From Proteocatella sp. (lineage in GTDB: Bacteria; Bacillota; Clostridia; Peptostreptococcales; Filifactoraceae): a DNA stretch of 64,000 nt. Location: assembly GCA_051653405.1 (NCBI GenBank), contig JBOFWC010000062.1, forward strand, positions 1,439 to 65,438, in the 5' to 3' direction. Below, in pieces: positions 54,557-64,000 of the stretch. The translations under genes and the position numbers were made by a program. Each line of letters begins with the position of its first letter. Position 1 is the first letter of the stretch. The notes below the pieces were generated by a model. The model was not told where the DNA came from. It did not search any database and worked only from the letters and a program-made list of their open reading frames with translations.

Positions 54557-56915
54557 CATTTTAATTTTTGATGGAGCTATGGGTACCATGCTTCAAAAAA
54601 AAGGACTTATTTTAGGAGAACTTCCAGAAAGCTTTAACATCACTCATCCAGAAGTAGTACTTTCAATTCACAAAGAATATGTACTTGCTGGCGCAGATGT
54701 TATAACCACTAATACCTTTCAGGCCGGAGAGTTAAAACTTCATTCCTGTCCTTACAGTCAAGAAGAAATCATCACAAGTGGAGTTAAGCTTGCAAAAAAA
54801 TCTGGAGCCAAATATATAGCCCTTGACATTGGTCCCACAGGTCAGCTTCTAGAGCCTTTAGGGACTTTAAAATTTGAACAAGCGTATGAACTTTTTAAAT
54901 CCCAAATGATAATTGGAGAAAAAGCAGGTGCAGATATCATTTTAATTGAAACTATGTCAGATATTTATGAAATGAAGGCCGCCATCCTCGCTGCTAAAGA
55001 AAATACCCACCTTCCCGTATTTGCCACTATGACCTATCAGGAAGACGGTAGAACTTTCACTGGCACTGATCCAGTGTGTGCTGTGTTTAGCCTCCAAAAT
55101 CTTGGCATTGACGCAATAGGTGTAAATTGTTCTCTAGGCCCTAAAGAAATAATGCCTATTGTAAATCAAATTCTAAAATATTCTAAAATCCCAGTAATGG
55201 TTCAGGCCAATGCTGGACTTCCTAAAATAAGCGAAACTGATGCCGTATACAATATAAGTTCTTCTGAATTTGCTTATTATGCGGAACAAATGATTGATAA
55301 GGGCGTAAATATAATTGGAGGATGCTGCGGAACAAATCCTGATTTTATAAAAAAATTAAAACAGGTTTCTAATTCAAAATTTCCAGTAAAAAGAATAGTA
55401 AAAAAAGCATGCGCCGTAACCTCATCTACACGCACTGCTTTTTTGGATAATAAAATTACTGTAGTAGGAGAGCGAATTAATCCTACTGGAAAAAAAGTTT
55501 TAAAAGAAGCGCTAAAAACAGAAAACCTTGAATATATATTATCCGAAGCCGTATCTCAGGCAGAAACTGGTGCTGATATCTTGGATATAAATGTAGGCCT
55601 TCCCGACATAAATGAGGTTTACATGATTAAAAAAGTTATAAGAGAGGTACAAAGTATATGTGACCTTCCTTTACAAATCGATAGTGCGGATTATAAGGTT
55701 TTGGAAGAAGGCCTTAGAATATATAACGGTCGTCCTATAATAAATTCAGTTAACGGAAGTTCTGAAAATATGGCTAAAATCTTCCCTCTTGCCAAAAAAT
55801 ATGGTGCGGTAATAATAGGCCTTACACTCGATGAATCTGGAATTCCCTATGACGCTCAGGCTCGCTTTGATATAGCCAAACGAATCGTGGAAACCGCCGC
55901 CCTATATGATATTCCAAAAGAAGATATAATTATAGACTGTCTAACCCTTACCGCTTCAGCTCAGCAGTCCTATGTCTTAGATACGCTAAAAGCTATAAAG
56001 CTTGTTAAATCAAACCTTGGCGTAAAAACAATTTTAGGAGTAAGCAATGTTTCCTTCGGTCTTCCAAATAGAGCCCTTCTAAATGGCGCCTTTTTACTTA
56101 GTGCTTTTGGTGCCGGACTAGATATGGCAATAGTAGACCCTACTTCAGAAGATATAAGAAGATCAGTAGATATGTTTAGGGTCTTTAATACCGAGGATAA
56201 CGATTCTTTAAATTATATACAAAACTACGCTACCCTATCACTTAAATCAGATACTGTCATTGTTCAAACAGAAGAAACGATTGCAAAAGATTTAAAAAAG
56301 CTCATTTTACAGGGCAGAAAATCGGAAGCGGCAAAAGAAACTTCACAACTCTTAAAATCAAACGATGCGCTTTCTATAATAAACGAATACTTCATCCCCG
56401 CGCTTGATATCGCTGGGAAAAATTTTGAAACTGGAGTCTCATTTCTACCTCAGCTAATAAAATCTGCGGAGGCCGTAAAAGCATGCTTCGATATAATAAA
56501 TAGTTCAGAAAATCCAAATGTCTTAGAATATAACTCCTCTGTAAAAAAAGATAAGATAATCGTAGCTACAGTTGAAGGTGACATCCACGATATAGGCAAA
56601 AATATTGCAAAGATGTTAATGCAAAACTATGGCTATGAGGTTATAGACCTTGGGAAAGATGTCCCTGTATCCGAAATAGTAGACGCTGCTAAAAAATACG
56701 ATGTAAAATTAATTGGCCTCAGCGCGCTAATGACTACAACTGTAAAGAGCATGCAAAAAACTATATCAGAACTTAAAAGTGCAGGTCTTGAATGTCAGGT
56801 CATGGTAGGGGGAGCCGTGTTAAATAAGGAGTATGCCGATTTTGTAGGCGCAGACTTTTATGTAAAGGATGCAAGAGAAAACATTATAGTTGCTAAAAGA
56901 ATTTTCGATAATTAA
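54528..56915 (+). CDS. metH: Cobalamin-dependent methionine synthase (Hcy-MT, pterin-binding and B12-binding domains; no activation domain)
   Basis: FDGAMGT...NTF...GGCCGT (Hcy S-methyltransferase), VGERINPTG (pterin binding) and GDIHDIGKNI (DxHxxG B12 binding). GTG start 8 nt after AAAGGAGG. Confidence 0.9.
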   Translation: MDVREYMKDNILIFDGAMGTMLQKKGLILGELPESFNITHPEVVLSIHKEYVLAGADVITTNTFQAGELKLHSCPYSQEEIITSGVKLAKKSGAKYIALDIGPTGQLLEPLGTLKFEQAYELFKSQMIIGEKAGADIILIETMSDIYEMKAAILAAKENTHLPVFATMTYQEDGRTFTGTDPVCAVFSLQNLGIDAIGVNCSLGPKEIMPIVNQILKYSKIPVMVQANAGLPKISETDAVYNISSSEFAYYAEQMIDKGVNIIGGCCGTNPDFIKKLKQVSNSKFPVKRIVKKACAVTSSTRTAFLDNKITVVGERINPTGKKVLKEALKTENLEYILSEAVSQAETGADILDINVGLPDINEVYMIKKVIREVQSICDLPLQIDSADYKVLEEGLRIYNGRPIINSVNGSSENMAKIFPLAKKYGAVIIGLTLDESGIPYDAQARFDIAKRIVETAALYDIPKEDIIIDCLTLTASAQQSYVLDTLKAIKLVKSNLGVKTILGVSNVSFGLPNRALLNGAFLLSAFGAGLDMAIVDPTSEDIRRSVDMFRVFNTEDNDSLNYIQNYATLSLKSDTVIVQTEETIAKDLKKLILQGRKSEAAKETSQLLKSNDALSIINEYFIPALDIAGKNFETGVSFLPQLIKSAEAVKACFDIINSSENPNVLEYNSSVKKDKIIVATVEGDIHDIGKNIAKMLMQNYGYEVIDLGKDVPVSEIVDAAKKYDVKLIGLSALMTTTVKSMQKTISELKSAGLECQVMVGGAVLNKEYADFVGADFYVKDARENIIVAKRIFDN

Positions 56916-57011
56916 ATTATGATTTATTTTCTAAATTTTAGGTTTAAATTTGTTTTTTTGGGTATGTATAAATGGTGACTAAGAAAAAAATTATTTTAGG
57001 GGGTAATTAAA

Positions 57012-58202
57012 ATGTTTAGTATGTGGAACAATGCTTTTGATCCAAACGAAGCTATGAAAACATGGTCTGATGGAATGAAAAAAATGTACGGTGTTTCTGA
57101 AGAAACTACAAAAGTATTTACTGATAATTTCAAAAGAATTTACGGTGAAAGAGATGAAATATTTAAGAGCTGGACTGACAGCTTTGGTAAAATGTACGGT
57201 TCAGAAGAATGGGCAAAAACTTTTGGAAAAGGTGTATTTAATCTAGACGAGCAAAAAGCTATTTTCAAAAGATTGCTTGGAAGTACTGAAGTTTACAATT
57301 CACTTTTTGAATTTTGGAACAGAGTAATGAAGGAAGCTCCATATGATTCTCCTGAAAAAGTGGTTAAATTTTGTAAAGATTACAGAGAAACTTACATGAA
57401 CTCTGTAGGTAGCTTGTTAAAAGCATCTGCAATGGGAGAATACGCTCCTGCTGTAGATCAGTATATGGAGCTTTACAAAAGCTACATCAGCTTTTTTGAT
57501 AAACTTTCTATTCCTTGGACTGATGGCGTAGAAGACTTCCAAGATGTTTATAAACGCATGATGTCTGGAAATCCTGATGCTATGAAAGAATACTTCAACA
57601 TGCTTAACGAAACTTACAAAAATTCTTTTGGTCAAGTTTTCAACATGTCTAGTTTTGGACTATATAAGGAAAATGTAGAAACTCAAATGCAGGGCATAGA
57701 TTCCTATCTACAATTCGTTAATATATACAACGAACTTATCGCACTTGTATATAAAGTATTTTCTGAATCTATGGAAGTTTTAGTTGATAAATACTCTAAG
57801 CTCATGAGCGAAGACAAGCAGCCTAAAACATTCAAAGAATTTTATGATTTATGGCTAGATATCAATGAAAATAATTTAGTTAATCTTTTTGGAACCGAAG
57901 AATTTTCAAAAGTTTACTGTGGTGTTGCAGAAAAATACTGTGATTTTAAAATAAAATTTGATAAACTTGCCGGATTATACCTAAAAGTTCTTCCACTTCC
58001 TTCAAAAGAAGATATGGATAGCCTTTATCAGACTGCTTACAATCAAAGAAAAGAAATCAAATCGCTAAAAGCTGAAGTTGCTAGCCTAAAAGCTATGACT
58101 GATGAAGTTGATTTACTTCGTAAGGAAGTAAGCAAACTTAGTAGCTTAGAGAAAGATTTTGCAGACTTTAAAAAAAGTATGTCAAAAAAAGCGGAGGTAT
58201 AA
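57012..58202 (+). CDS. phaE: PHA synthase subunit PhaE-like protein
   Basis: About 45 kDa protein with a coiled-coil C-terminus, immediately upstream of and coupled to a class III phaC. Assigned mainly from context. Confidence 0.6.
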   Translation: MFSMWNNAFDPNEAMKTWSDGMKKMYGVSEETTKVFTDNFKRIYGERDEIFKSWTDSFGKMYGSEEWAKTFGKGVFNLDEQKAIFKRLLGSTEVYNSLFEFWNRVMKEAPYDSPEKVVKFCKDYRETYMNSVGSLLKASAMGEYAPAVDQYMELYKSYISFFDKLSIPWTDGVEDFQDVYKRMMSGNPDAMKEYFNMLNETYKNSFGQVFNMSSFGLYKENVETQMQGIDSYLQFVNIYNELIALVYKVFSESMEVLVDKYSKLMSEDKQPKTFKEFYDLWLDINENNLVNLFGTEEFSKVYCGVAEKYCDFKIKFDKLAGLYLKVLPLPSKEDMDSLYQTAYNQRKEIKSLKAEVASLKAMTDEVDLLRKEVSKLSSLEKDFADFKKSMSKKAEV

Positions 58203-58207
58203 TTTAA

Positions 58208-59296
58208 ATGGAAAACATGGGGTTTAATTTCAACAATGGTTTTGACTTCAAAAAGTCAATGACTGAAATGATGGAGTTTCAGTCTCAAATGTTAAAAGGG
58301 CTTAAAAATATGGTTGAGATTGAAAAAGAAAGCATTAAATCTGACCAGTTAGAAAAAGAAGTTGTTTATAGTGAAGATAAAATGAAGTTATTCCACTATA
58401 CACCACTAAAGAAAAAAGGTTGTAAAATACCTGTTCTAATAACATATGCACTGGTAAATCGCCAGTATATGATGGATATTCAGCCCGATAGAAGTGTTAT
58501 AAAATCCTTTTTAGATCAAGGCCTTGATGTATATATAATTGATTGGGGATATCCAACTGCTCAAGATAAGTATCTTACTATGGATGATTATATAAATGAT
58601 TATATGAACACCTGCGTAGATATAGTAAGACAGCGTGCTAAAGTAGATAAAATAAACATGCTTGGAGTTTGCCAAGGTGGAACTTTTACTACAATATACT
58701 GTGCGCTTAACCCTGAAAAGGTAAACAGCATGGTTACTATGGTTACTCCAGTTGAATTTTCAAATAATGATACTCTGCTTTTTGCATGGAGTAAATTTAT
58801 GAATATCGATAAGATGGTTGATGCCTTTGGTGTAATTCCTGGTGACGTAATGAACTCAAGCTATCTTATCCTAAAACCACTATCACTTACTCTAGATAAA
58901 TATGTAAGCTTAGCAGAGCAAATGCATAATAAAGAATTCCTTCAAAACTTTATAAGAATGGAAAGCTGGATTTTTGATAGTCCAGATCAGGCTGGCGAAA
59001 CTATAAGACAGTTTGTAAATGACCTTTATAAAGAAAATAAGCTTGCTAAAAACGAACTTGTTATCGGGGATAAAAAAGTAAATCTAAAAAATATAACCAT
59101 GCCTGTACTTGATGTATATGCAGAATATGATCACCTTGTACCTGCTTCTTCAAGCAAGCCTCTTGCTGACTTAGTTGGTTCTAAAGATGTGGAGGTCGTA
59201 TCTTTTAACGTGGGCCATATAGGAATGTATGTTAGCTCTAAATCACAAAAAGATATCGCACCAAAAATATCAGATTGGATTCTAAGCCGTAGCTAG
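58208..59296 (+). CDS. phaC: Class III poly(R)-hydroxyalkanoate synthase PhaC
   Basis: 362 aa alpha/beta hydrolase with the lipase-box variant GVCQGG (catalytic Cys) and a late GHIG His. Confidence 0.85.
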   Translation: MENMGFNFNNGFDFKKSMTEMMEFQSQMLKGLKNMVEIEKESIKSDQLEKEVVYSEDKMKLFHYTPLKKKGCKIPVLITYALVNRQYMMDIQPDRSVIKSFLDQGLDVYIIDWGYPTAQDKYLTMDDYINDYMNTCVDIVRQRAKVDKINMLGVCQGGTFTTIYCALNPEKVNSMVTMVTPVEFSNNDTLLFAWSKFMNIDKMVDAFGVIPGDVMNSSYLILKPLSLTLDKYVSLAEQMHNKEFLQNFIRMESWIFDSPDQAGETIRQFVNDLYKENKLAKNELVIGDKKVNLKNITMPVLDVYAEYDHLVPASSSKPLADLVGSKDVEVVSFNVGHIGMYVSSKSQKDIAPKISDWILSRS

Positions 59297-59307
59297 GAGG
59301 AGACTTA

Positions 59308-59718
59308 ATGGGAAAAACATATGAACTTTTAAATATAGGAGATACAGATTCTTTTGAAAAAACACTTTCAGAAAGTGATGTATATCTATTTTCTGGAATA
59401 ACGGGAGATTTTAATCCCGCTCATATAAATGAAAAAGAATCTATGCAGACTAAATTCGGTGGAAGAATTGTCCATGGAATGCTTACTGGAAGCCTTATAT
59501 CTACAGTTATCGGAACAAAACTTCCTGGTACAGGTACTATTTACCTAAAACAGGATCTTGAATTTCTAAAGGCTGTAAGAATAGGTGATACTATAAGAGC
59601 TGAGGTTCAAGTTATTGAAAAACTTGAAAAAGGACGTGTAATGCTTCAAACAAGATGCTACAATCAAAATGATGAAATCGTAGTTGATGGCAAAGCGCTC
59701 GTACTTCCTCCAAAATAA
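59308..59718 (+). CDS. phaJ: MaoC-like (R)-specific enoyl-CoA hydratase
   Basis: FSGITGDFNPAHIN...GGRIVHGML hot-dog fold motif. 136 aa. Confidence 0.8.
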   Translation: MGKTYELLNIGDTDSFEKTLSESDVYLFSGITGDFNPAHINEKESMQTKFGGRIVHGMLTGSLISTVIGTKLPGTGTIYLKQDLEFLKAVRIGDTIRAEVQVIEKLEKGRVMLQTRCYNQNDEIVVDGKALVLPPK

Positions 59719-59739
59719 TAGTTAAATAAAATGTATTTA

Positions 59740-59771
59740 AAAAGGATTCAGCAAATGCCGAATCCTTTTTA
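59740..59771 (+). terminator. Rho-independent terminator after phaJ
   Basis: AAAAGGATTC-agcaaatgcc-GAATCCTTTT followed by T. Confidence 0.7.
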
Positions 59772-59898
59772 ATATAAATTTGAAATCTATAAAAATATAA
59801 TACAAATGTACACAATTCATTTATATTATATAGTGTATTTATAGTATATATGATATTATTTATAGCACAAATAAAACTATTCCAATAAATTAAGGACG

Positions 59899-60927
59899 GT
59901 GAAAAGCGTGATTAAAAAAATACGACAACACTATGTTTTTCAATCATATTTATCTTCATGGTGCGTAAATAATCAATTATATAGTTTAACAAATAATAAA
60001 ATTTATCAACGTGGTCCACGTGCAGTTGCATTTGAAAATAATTTCTATAAGATTCCTAAGCTTAATGAATCTGAGATTAGTTTTCTAAATTCATATTTTG
60101 AAATAATTGATAATTCCAATTATATGAAAATGAAAAGATTTATTGAAGAAACCCAAAATTTCATGAGATTAGAATCTTTTCTAGATCCCCTCAAAGAAAT
60201 GATGATAAAAGAAATAAACTTAGAAAGTAAAATATCTATCGATGACTTGTCTTTAGAGTTCGATAGATTAAGGAAAGAACACGATATAATATCAAACAAT
60301 ACTTTTGAAGATTTTTTATCAAATATCGAAAGAGGTTTTCCTATATGGTTAAATAAATTAACTAATAAGGATTTATCATTTTATAACTCTAAAACTTTAG
60401 AAAATAGTGAAGAAAAAAATAACTTTACTTTCTTCTTATCAATGCAATATTTCAGAACTAAATCCATAAAAAAACGAATATATTCAATTATTATTAATGA
60501 AATTGAAAAATCGAAAAATAAATATAACACCAAAATAAATTTTTTAAATAATATTGATATCTATAATATATTGTTTTATATAATATGGTATTATCAGCAG
60601 ATTTTTAATTATTCGATAACTGAATATAATTTTCGACTTACCATATTAATTAATGATACTAAAATTCCGTTCATAACATCAGACCAACCAGTCGTAAATT
60701 TAAATGGAGATTATGAAAATTTTGAACAGGAAATTAAAGAACTAATATTATACTATCCAATAAGGCCTAATCTAGGGTTACTTTTAAAAGAAAACTGCCC
60801 CTTTGATACAATTAATATCACCGAAAAAGATGTGATTTATTATAATGACTTTATTGCAAATTCTTCTTATGAAAATATTTTTGCTAACAATAAAAATACG
60901 CTTGAGAAATATATCATAAATAATTAA
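59899..60927 (+). CDS. DUF4238-like protein (singleton)
   Basis: N-terminal HYVFQSYL and internal FITSDQPVVNL resemble the two conserved DUF4238 motifs as I remember them (HYVPQFYL, SDxPV). Very AT-rich. The start is GTG at 59899 or 59908. Confidence 0.6.
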   Translation: MKSVIKKIRQHYVFQSYLSSWCVNNQLYSLTNNKIYQRGPRAVAFENNFYKIPKLNESEISFLNSYFEIIDNSNYMKMKRFIEETQNFMRLESFLDPLKEMMIKEINLESKISIDDLSLEFDRLRKEHDIISNNTFEDFLSNIERGFPIWLNKLTNKDLSFYNSKTLENSEEKNNFTFFLSMQYFRTKSIKKRIYSIIINEIEKSKNKYNTKINFLNNIDIYNILFYIIWYYQQIFNYSITEYNFRLTILINDTKIPFITSDQPVVNLNGDYENFEQEIKELILYYPIRPNLGLLLKENCPFDTINITEKDVIYYNDFIANSSYENIFANNKNTLEKYIINN

Positions 60928-61005
60928 ATAATATTAAGCAAAATTTTAAGAAAAATTACAATGACAAATTGAACTAATTTCTATACTATAACAAAAATTA
61001 TAAAT

Positions 61006-61099
61006 AAATTGGAGGCATATATTCCCCTGAATGAATTCTGCAGCCTAGAATGAAATTCTAGGCGAAGCCCTAATGAAGGGGAATATATACCTCCAATTT
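61006..61099. other. 94-bp nested palindromic element
   Basis: 23-bp arms AAATTGGAGGCATATATTCCCCT / AGGGGAATATATACCTCCAATTT with one mismatch. They enclose an 8-bp hairpin CCTAGAAT-gaa-ATTCTAGG (61044-61062). Confidence 0.8.
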
Positions 61100-61187
61100 C
61101 AAATATAACTACAAATACTACGTAAAAAAAGAAGGATAATCCTAAATAAACATTAAGATATATCCTTCTCATATTTAAGGCTATCGC

Positions 61188-62378
61188 CTATAGTCCTAAT
61201 TCTTCTTTTGTCTCTTTGAATGCCTTAAGTGCTCTATCTAGATCTTCTCTTGAGTGACCTGCTGATATTTGAGTTCTTATTCTAGCTTTTCCTTTTGGAA
61301 CTACTGGGAAGAAGAATCCTACTACATAAACGCCTTTTTCAAGCATCTTCTCAGCAAATTTCTGAGCAAGAACTGCATCTCCAAGCATTACTGGGCATAT
61401 TGGATGCTCAGACTCTATTACTTCTAGACCAATCTTCTTGATTTCTTCTCTAAAGTATTTAGTGTTAGCTTCAACTTTATCTCTAAGCTCTGTGCTTTCC
61501 ATAAGCATATCAAGCACTTTTATAGTAGCACCTGCAATTGCTGGAGCTAGTGTGTTAGAGAATAGGTATGGTCTTGATCTTTGTCTTAAAAGGTCTATTA
61601 TTTCTTTTCTTCCTGAAGTGTATCCGCCGCTTGCGCCGCCTAATGCTTTTCCTAATGTTCCTGTTATGATGTCTACTCTATCCATACAGTTTCTGTATTC
61701 ATGAGTTCCTTTTCCAGTTTTTCCTACAAATCCAACTGCATGAGAATCATCTACCATTACAAGGGCATTGTACTTATCTGCTAAATCACAGATTTTATCA
61801 AGGTCAGCTATTATTCCGTCCATTGAGAAAACTCCGTCAGTTGCAATAAGTTTAAGTCTTGCGCCATCAGCATCAGCTTGTTTAAGCTGAGCTTCAAGAT
61901 CTGCCATGTCATTATTAGCATATCTATATCTCTTAGCTTTTGAAAGTCTTACTCCATCTATGATTGAAGCATGGTTAAGTGCATCTGAGATTATAGCATC
62001 ATTTTCAGTAGTTATAGTCTCAAATAATCCTCCATTTGCATCAAAGCATGAAGAATAAAGTATAGTATCTTCCATTCCTAAGAATTCAGAAATCTTATCT
62101 TCAAGTTGCTTGTGTATTCCTTGAGTTCCGCATATAAAACGTACTGAAGAAAGTCCAAAGCCCCATTTATCATAGCTATCTTTTGCTGCTTGAATTACCT
62201 CTTGGTTGTTTGAAAGTCCAAGATAGTTATTTGCACACATGTTTATAACATTATTTACTTTTGTTGTATCTATTACACTCTTTTGAGCTGTAGTTATTAT
62301 TCTTTCATCTTTCCAAAGGCCTGCATCTTTTATTTCTTGAAGCTGAGCTTTGTAAATTTCCATTGCTGATTTGTACAT
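61188..62378 (-). CDS. kbl: 2-amino-3-ketobutyrate CoA ligase (glycine C-acetyltransferase)
   Basis: Class II aminotransferase fold with DDSHAVG and TLGKALGG (PLP lysine). Paired with tdh. Confidence 0.9.
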   Translation of the reverse strand: MYKSAMEIYKAQLQEIKDAGLWKDERIITTAQKSVIDTTKVNNVINMCANNYLGLSNNQEVIQAAKDSYDKWGFGLSSVRFICGTQGIHKQLEDKISEFLGMEDTILYSSCFDANGGLFETITTENDAIISDALNHASIIDGVRLSKAKRYRYANNDMADLEAQLKQADADGARLKLIATDGVFSMDGIIADLDKICDLADKYNALVMVDDSHAVGFVGKTGKGTHEYRNCMDRVDIITGTLGKALGGASGGYTSGRKEIIDLLRQRSRPYLFSNTLAPAIAGATIKVLDMLMESTELRDKVEANTKYFREEIKKIGLEVIESEHPICPVMLGDAVLAQKFAEKMLEKGVYVVGFFFPVVPKGKARIRTQISAGHSREDLDRALKAFKETKEELGL

Positions 62379-62424
62379 ATTTCCTCCTAATATCTAGTTA
62401 TTCAAAATTATATCGTTATACAAC

Positions 62425-63459
62425 CTATATCCAGTTAAGTACAACTTTTCCTGAGTTTCCTGATATCATAGCCTCAAAGCCTTTTTCAAATTCAGTGTAG
62501 TGGAACTGATGAGTAACTATTGGTGCTAAATCTAGGCCTGATTGAAGCATAGCCTGCATTTTGTACCAAGTCTCATACATTTCTCTTCCGTAGATTCCTT
62601 TTAGGAATAATCCGTTAAATACTATCTTATTCCAGTCTACATGAGTTCCAGGTCCTTGAATTCCAAGCATAGCTATTTTTCCACCATTAACCATATTGTT
62701 TATCATAGAGTTAAATGCTACTCCGTTTCCTGACATCTCAAGACCTACGTCAAAGCCCTCTTTCATTCCAAGCTCTGCTACAACATCTTCAAGCTTTTCT
62801 TTTGCTACGTTTACGGCTCTAGTTGCACCCATTTTAAGTGCAAGGTTTAATCTATATTCATTTATATCAGTTATTACGATATGTCTTGCACCTGCATGCT
62901 TTGCTATTGCTGCTGCCATTATTCCTATTGGACCAGCGCCTGTTATAAGCACATCTTCTCCAAGAAGATCATATGAAAGTGCTGTATGTGTTGCATTACC
63001 AAATGGGTCAAATATACTTAATAACTCTTCTGGTATACTCTCGTCACAAAGCCATATGTTTGAAGCTGGAATTGCTGCATATTCTGCAAATATACCAGTT
63101 CTGTTTACTCCGATACCTTGAGTATGCTTACATAGGTGTTGTCTTCCACCAAGGCAGTTTCTGCATTTTCCACATACTATATGGCCTTCTCCAGATACTA
63201 AATCTCCTACCTGATATCCTTTTACGCCTTCTCCAAGCTCTACAATTTCTCCTACAAATTCATGTCCTATAGTCATCGGTACTGGTATTGTAGCTTGAGA
63301 CCACTCATCCCAGTTATATATATGAACGTCTGTTCCACAGATAGCTGTCTTGTGAATTTTTATAAGTACTTCTCCTTCTTTTGCCTGTGGTTTCTCTACC
63401 TCTTCAAGCCAAAGTCCTTTTTCTGGGTACTTTTTTACAAGTGCCTTCATCATTTCCAT
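62425..63459 (-). CDS. tdh: L-threonine 3-dehydrogenase
   Basis: Zn-dependent alcohol dehydrogenase family with [15 protein letters not shown] and the GKCRNC structural Zn site. Upstream of kbl. Confidence 0.9.
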   Translation of the reverse strand: MEMMKALVKKYPEKGLWLEEVEKPQAKEGEVLIKIHKTAICGTDVHIYNWDEWSQATIPVPMTIGHEFVGEIVELGEGVKGYQVGDLVSGEGHIVCGKCRNCLGGRQHLCKHTQGIGVNRTGIFAEYAAIPASNIWLCDESIPEELLSIFDPFGNATHTALSYDLLGEDVLITGAGPIGIMAAAIAKHAGARHIVITDINEYRLNLALKMGATRAVNVAKEKLEDVVAELGMKEGFDVGLEMSGNGVAFNSMINNMVNGGKIAMLGIQGPGTHVDWNKIVFNGLFLKGIYGREMYETWYKMQAMLQSGLDLAPIVTHQFHYTEFEKGFEAMISGNSGKVVLNWI

Positions 63460-63562
63460 TAGATAATTCCTCCTACATTTTACAAAAATTCAATATGTTC
63501 ACAGCATTTACTAAATTTATGTCATTTGTTTTTGATTTCTAAGTAAATACGCTCTCTTGTAT

Positions 63563-63591
63563 ATTGTACGCCTACATTTTTATATTTGCAA
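63563..63591 (-). promoter_or_regulatory. SigA-type promoter for tdh-kbl
   Basis: The minus strand reads TTGCAA-N17-TACAAT. The -35 lies in the small inverted repeat TTTGCAAG...CTTGCAAA (63585-63606). Confidence 0.55.
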
Positions 63592-63650
63592 GTGTTTTCT
63601 TGCAAACAAAGCATATTTTTCTCTTTTTTTGTATGTATTACTAATTTACA

Positions 63651-64000
63651 TTAATTTATATTCATAATTTCGGTTGCCCATACAAGCGCTTCAAAATATC
63701 CTTTCATTATAGCTTCTTCATTAAGTCCAATTTTAGAAGATATCTTATTAACTTTTTCCCAGTCTGCACTTTCATAAGAACATACCAATTCAAAAACTGG
63801 CAATAAGTTTCCAGATCTATTTATAAGCGCTTCTTTTACATCCTCCGAAAGTAATAATCCATCTAGAGCTTCTTCCATTGGAATATCTAAAATAGTATCT
63901 ATCATGCTCAAAAGACACATTATTGAAATTTCAAGCTTTCTATTTCTATAATAGCTGTTTTCTGATATATATTCACTAAACTTTGCTCTTACAAGAGATA
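63651..64000 (-). CDS. C-terminal part of an HDOD-type (EAL-HDOD, COG3434-like) signalling protein; N-terminus beyond the window
   Basis: LDIPMEEALDGLLLSEDVKEALINRSGNLLPVFELVCSYESADWEKV...GYFEALVWATEI resembles the C-terminal end of EAL+HDOD proteins. The frame stays open upstream to position 64000. Confidence 0.55.
   Translation of the reverse strand, partial: SLVRAKFSEYISENSYYRNRKLEISIMCLLSMIDTILDIPMEEALDGLLLSEDVKEALINRSGNLLPVFELVCSYESADWEKVNKISSKIGLNEEAIMKGYFEALVWATEIMNIN

Noticed and set aside
60981-61172. 63-aa minus-strand ORF with a hydrophobic N-terminus, considered as a possible type I toxin
   Set aside because: There is no RBS (GCCTTAAAT precedes the ATG). It starts 15 nt after the kbl stop. 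Its middle is simply the translation of the 94-bp palindrome, hence the mirrored GGIYSP/RGIYAS peptides. It is more likely non-coding.

Overview
Low-GC, Firmicutes (Clostridia-like) chromosomal window. About 50 kb (1-49946) is one mosaic flagellar and chemotaxis locus. It holds a very large flagellin (runs off the left edge), fliD, and a SigD-type operon running cheA-cheW-cheR-cheB-flgN-flgK-flgL-yviE-fliW-csrA-fliW-mcp. A second MCP and fliS follow. The long minus-strand fla operon runs pilZ-flgB-fliE-fliF-G-H-I-J-K-flgD-orf-flgE-flbD-motA-motB-fliM-cheY-flgC-fliY-fliO-P-Q-R-flhB-flhA-sigD-rod-rod-cheC-cheD-cheV. The right 14 kb is housekeeping or accessory: eamA, cca, metF plus a split metH, a class III PHA synthase operon (phaE-phaC-phaJ), a DUF4238 singleton, kbl-tdh and a partial HDOD-type gene. 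No rRNA, tRNA, CRISPR array, transposase or integrase was recognised. Four items inside the motility locus are not explained by the textbook gene set. (1) A ParA/Soj-type ATPase with an acidic-repeat ComFB-domain protein, behind a SigD-like promoter, in a locus with no flhF/flhG. (2) A FliK-C-like protein translationally coupled to a free-standing FlhB-CC domain protein. (3) Two fliW paralogues flanking csrA, with a textbook GGA-loop hairpin in the flagellin leader. (4) An orphan FtsE-like ATPase divergent from a membrane-anchored C39-like cysteine peptidase. All functional calls come from reading the translations and motifs by eye; no database search was run.
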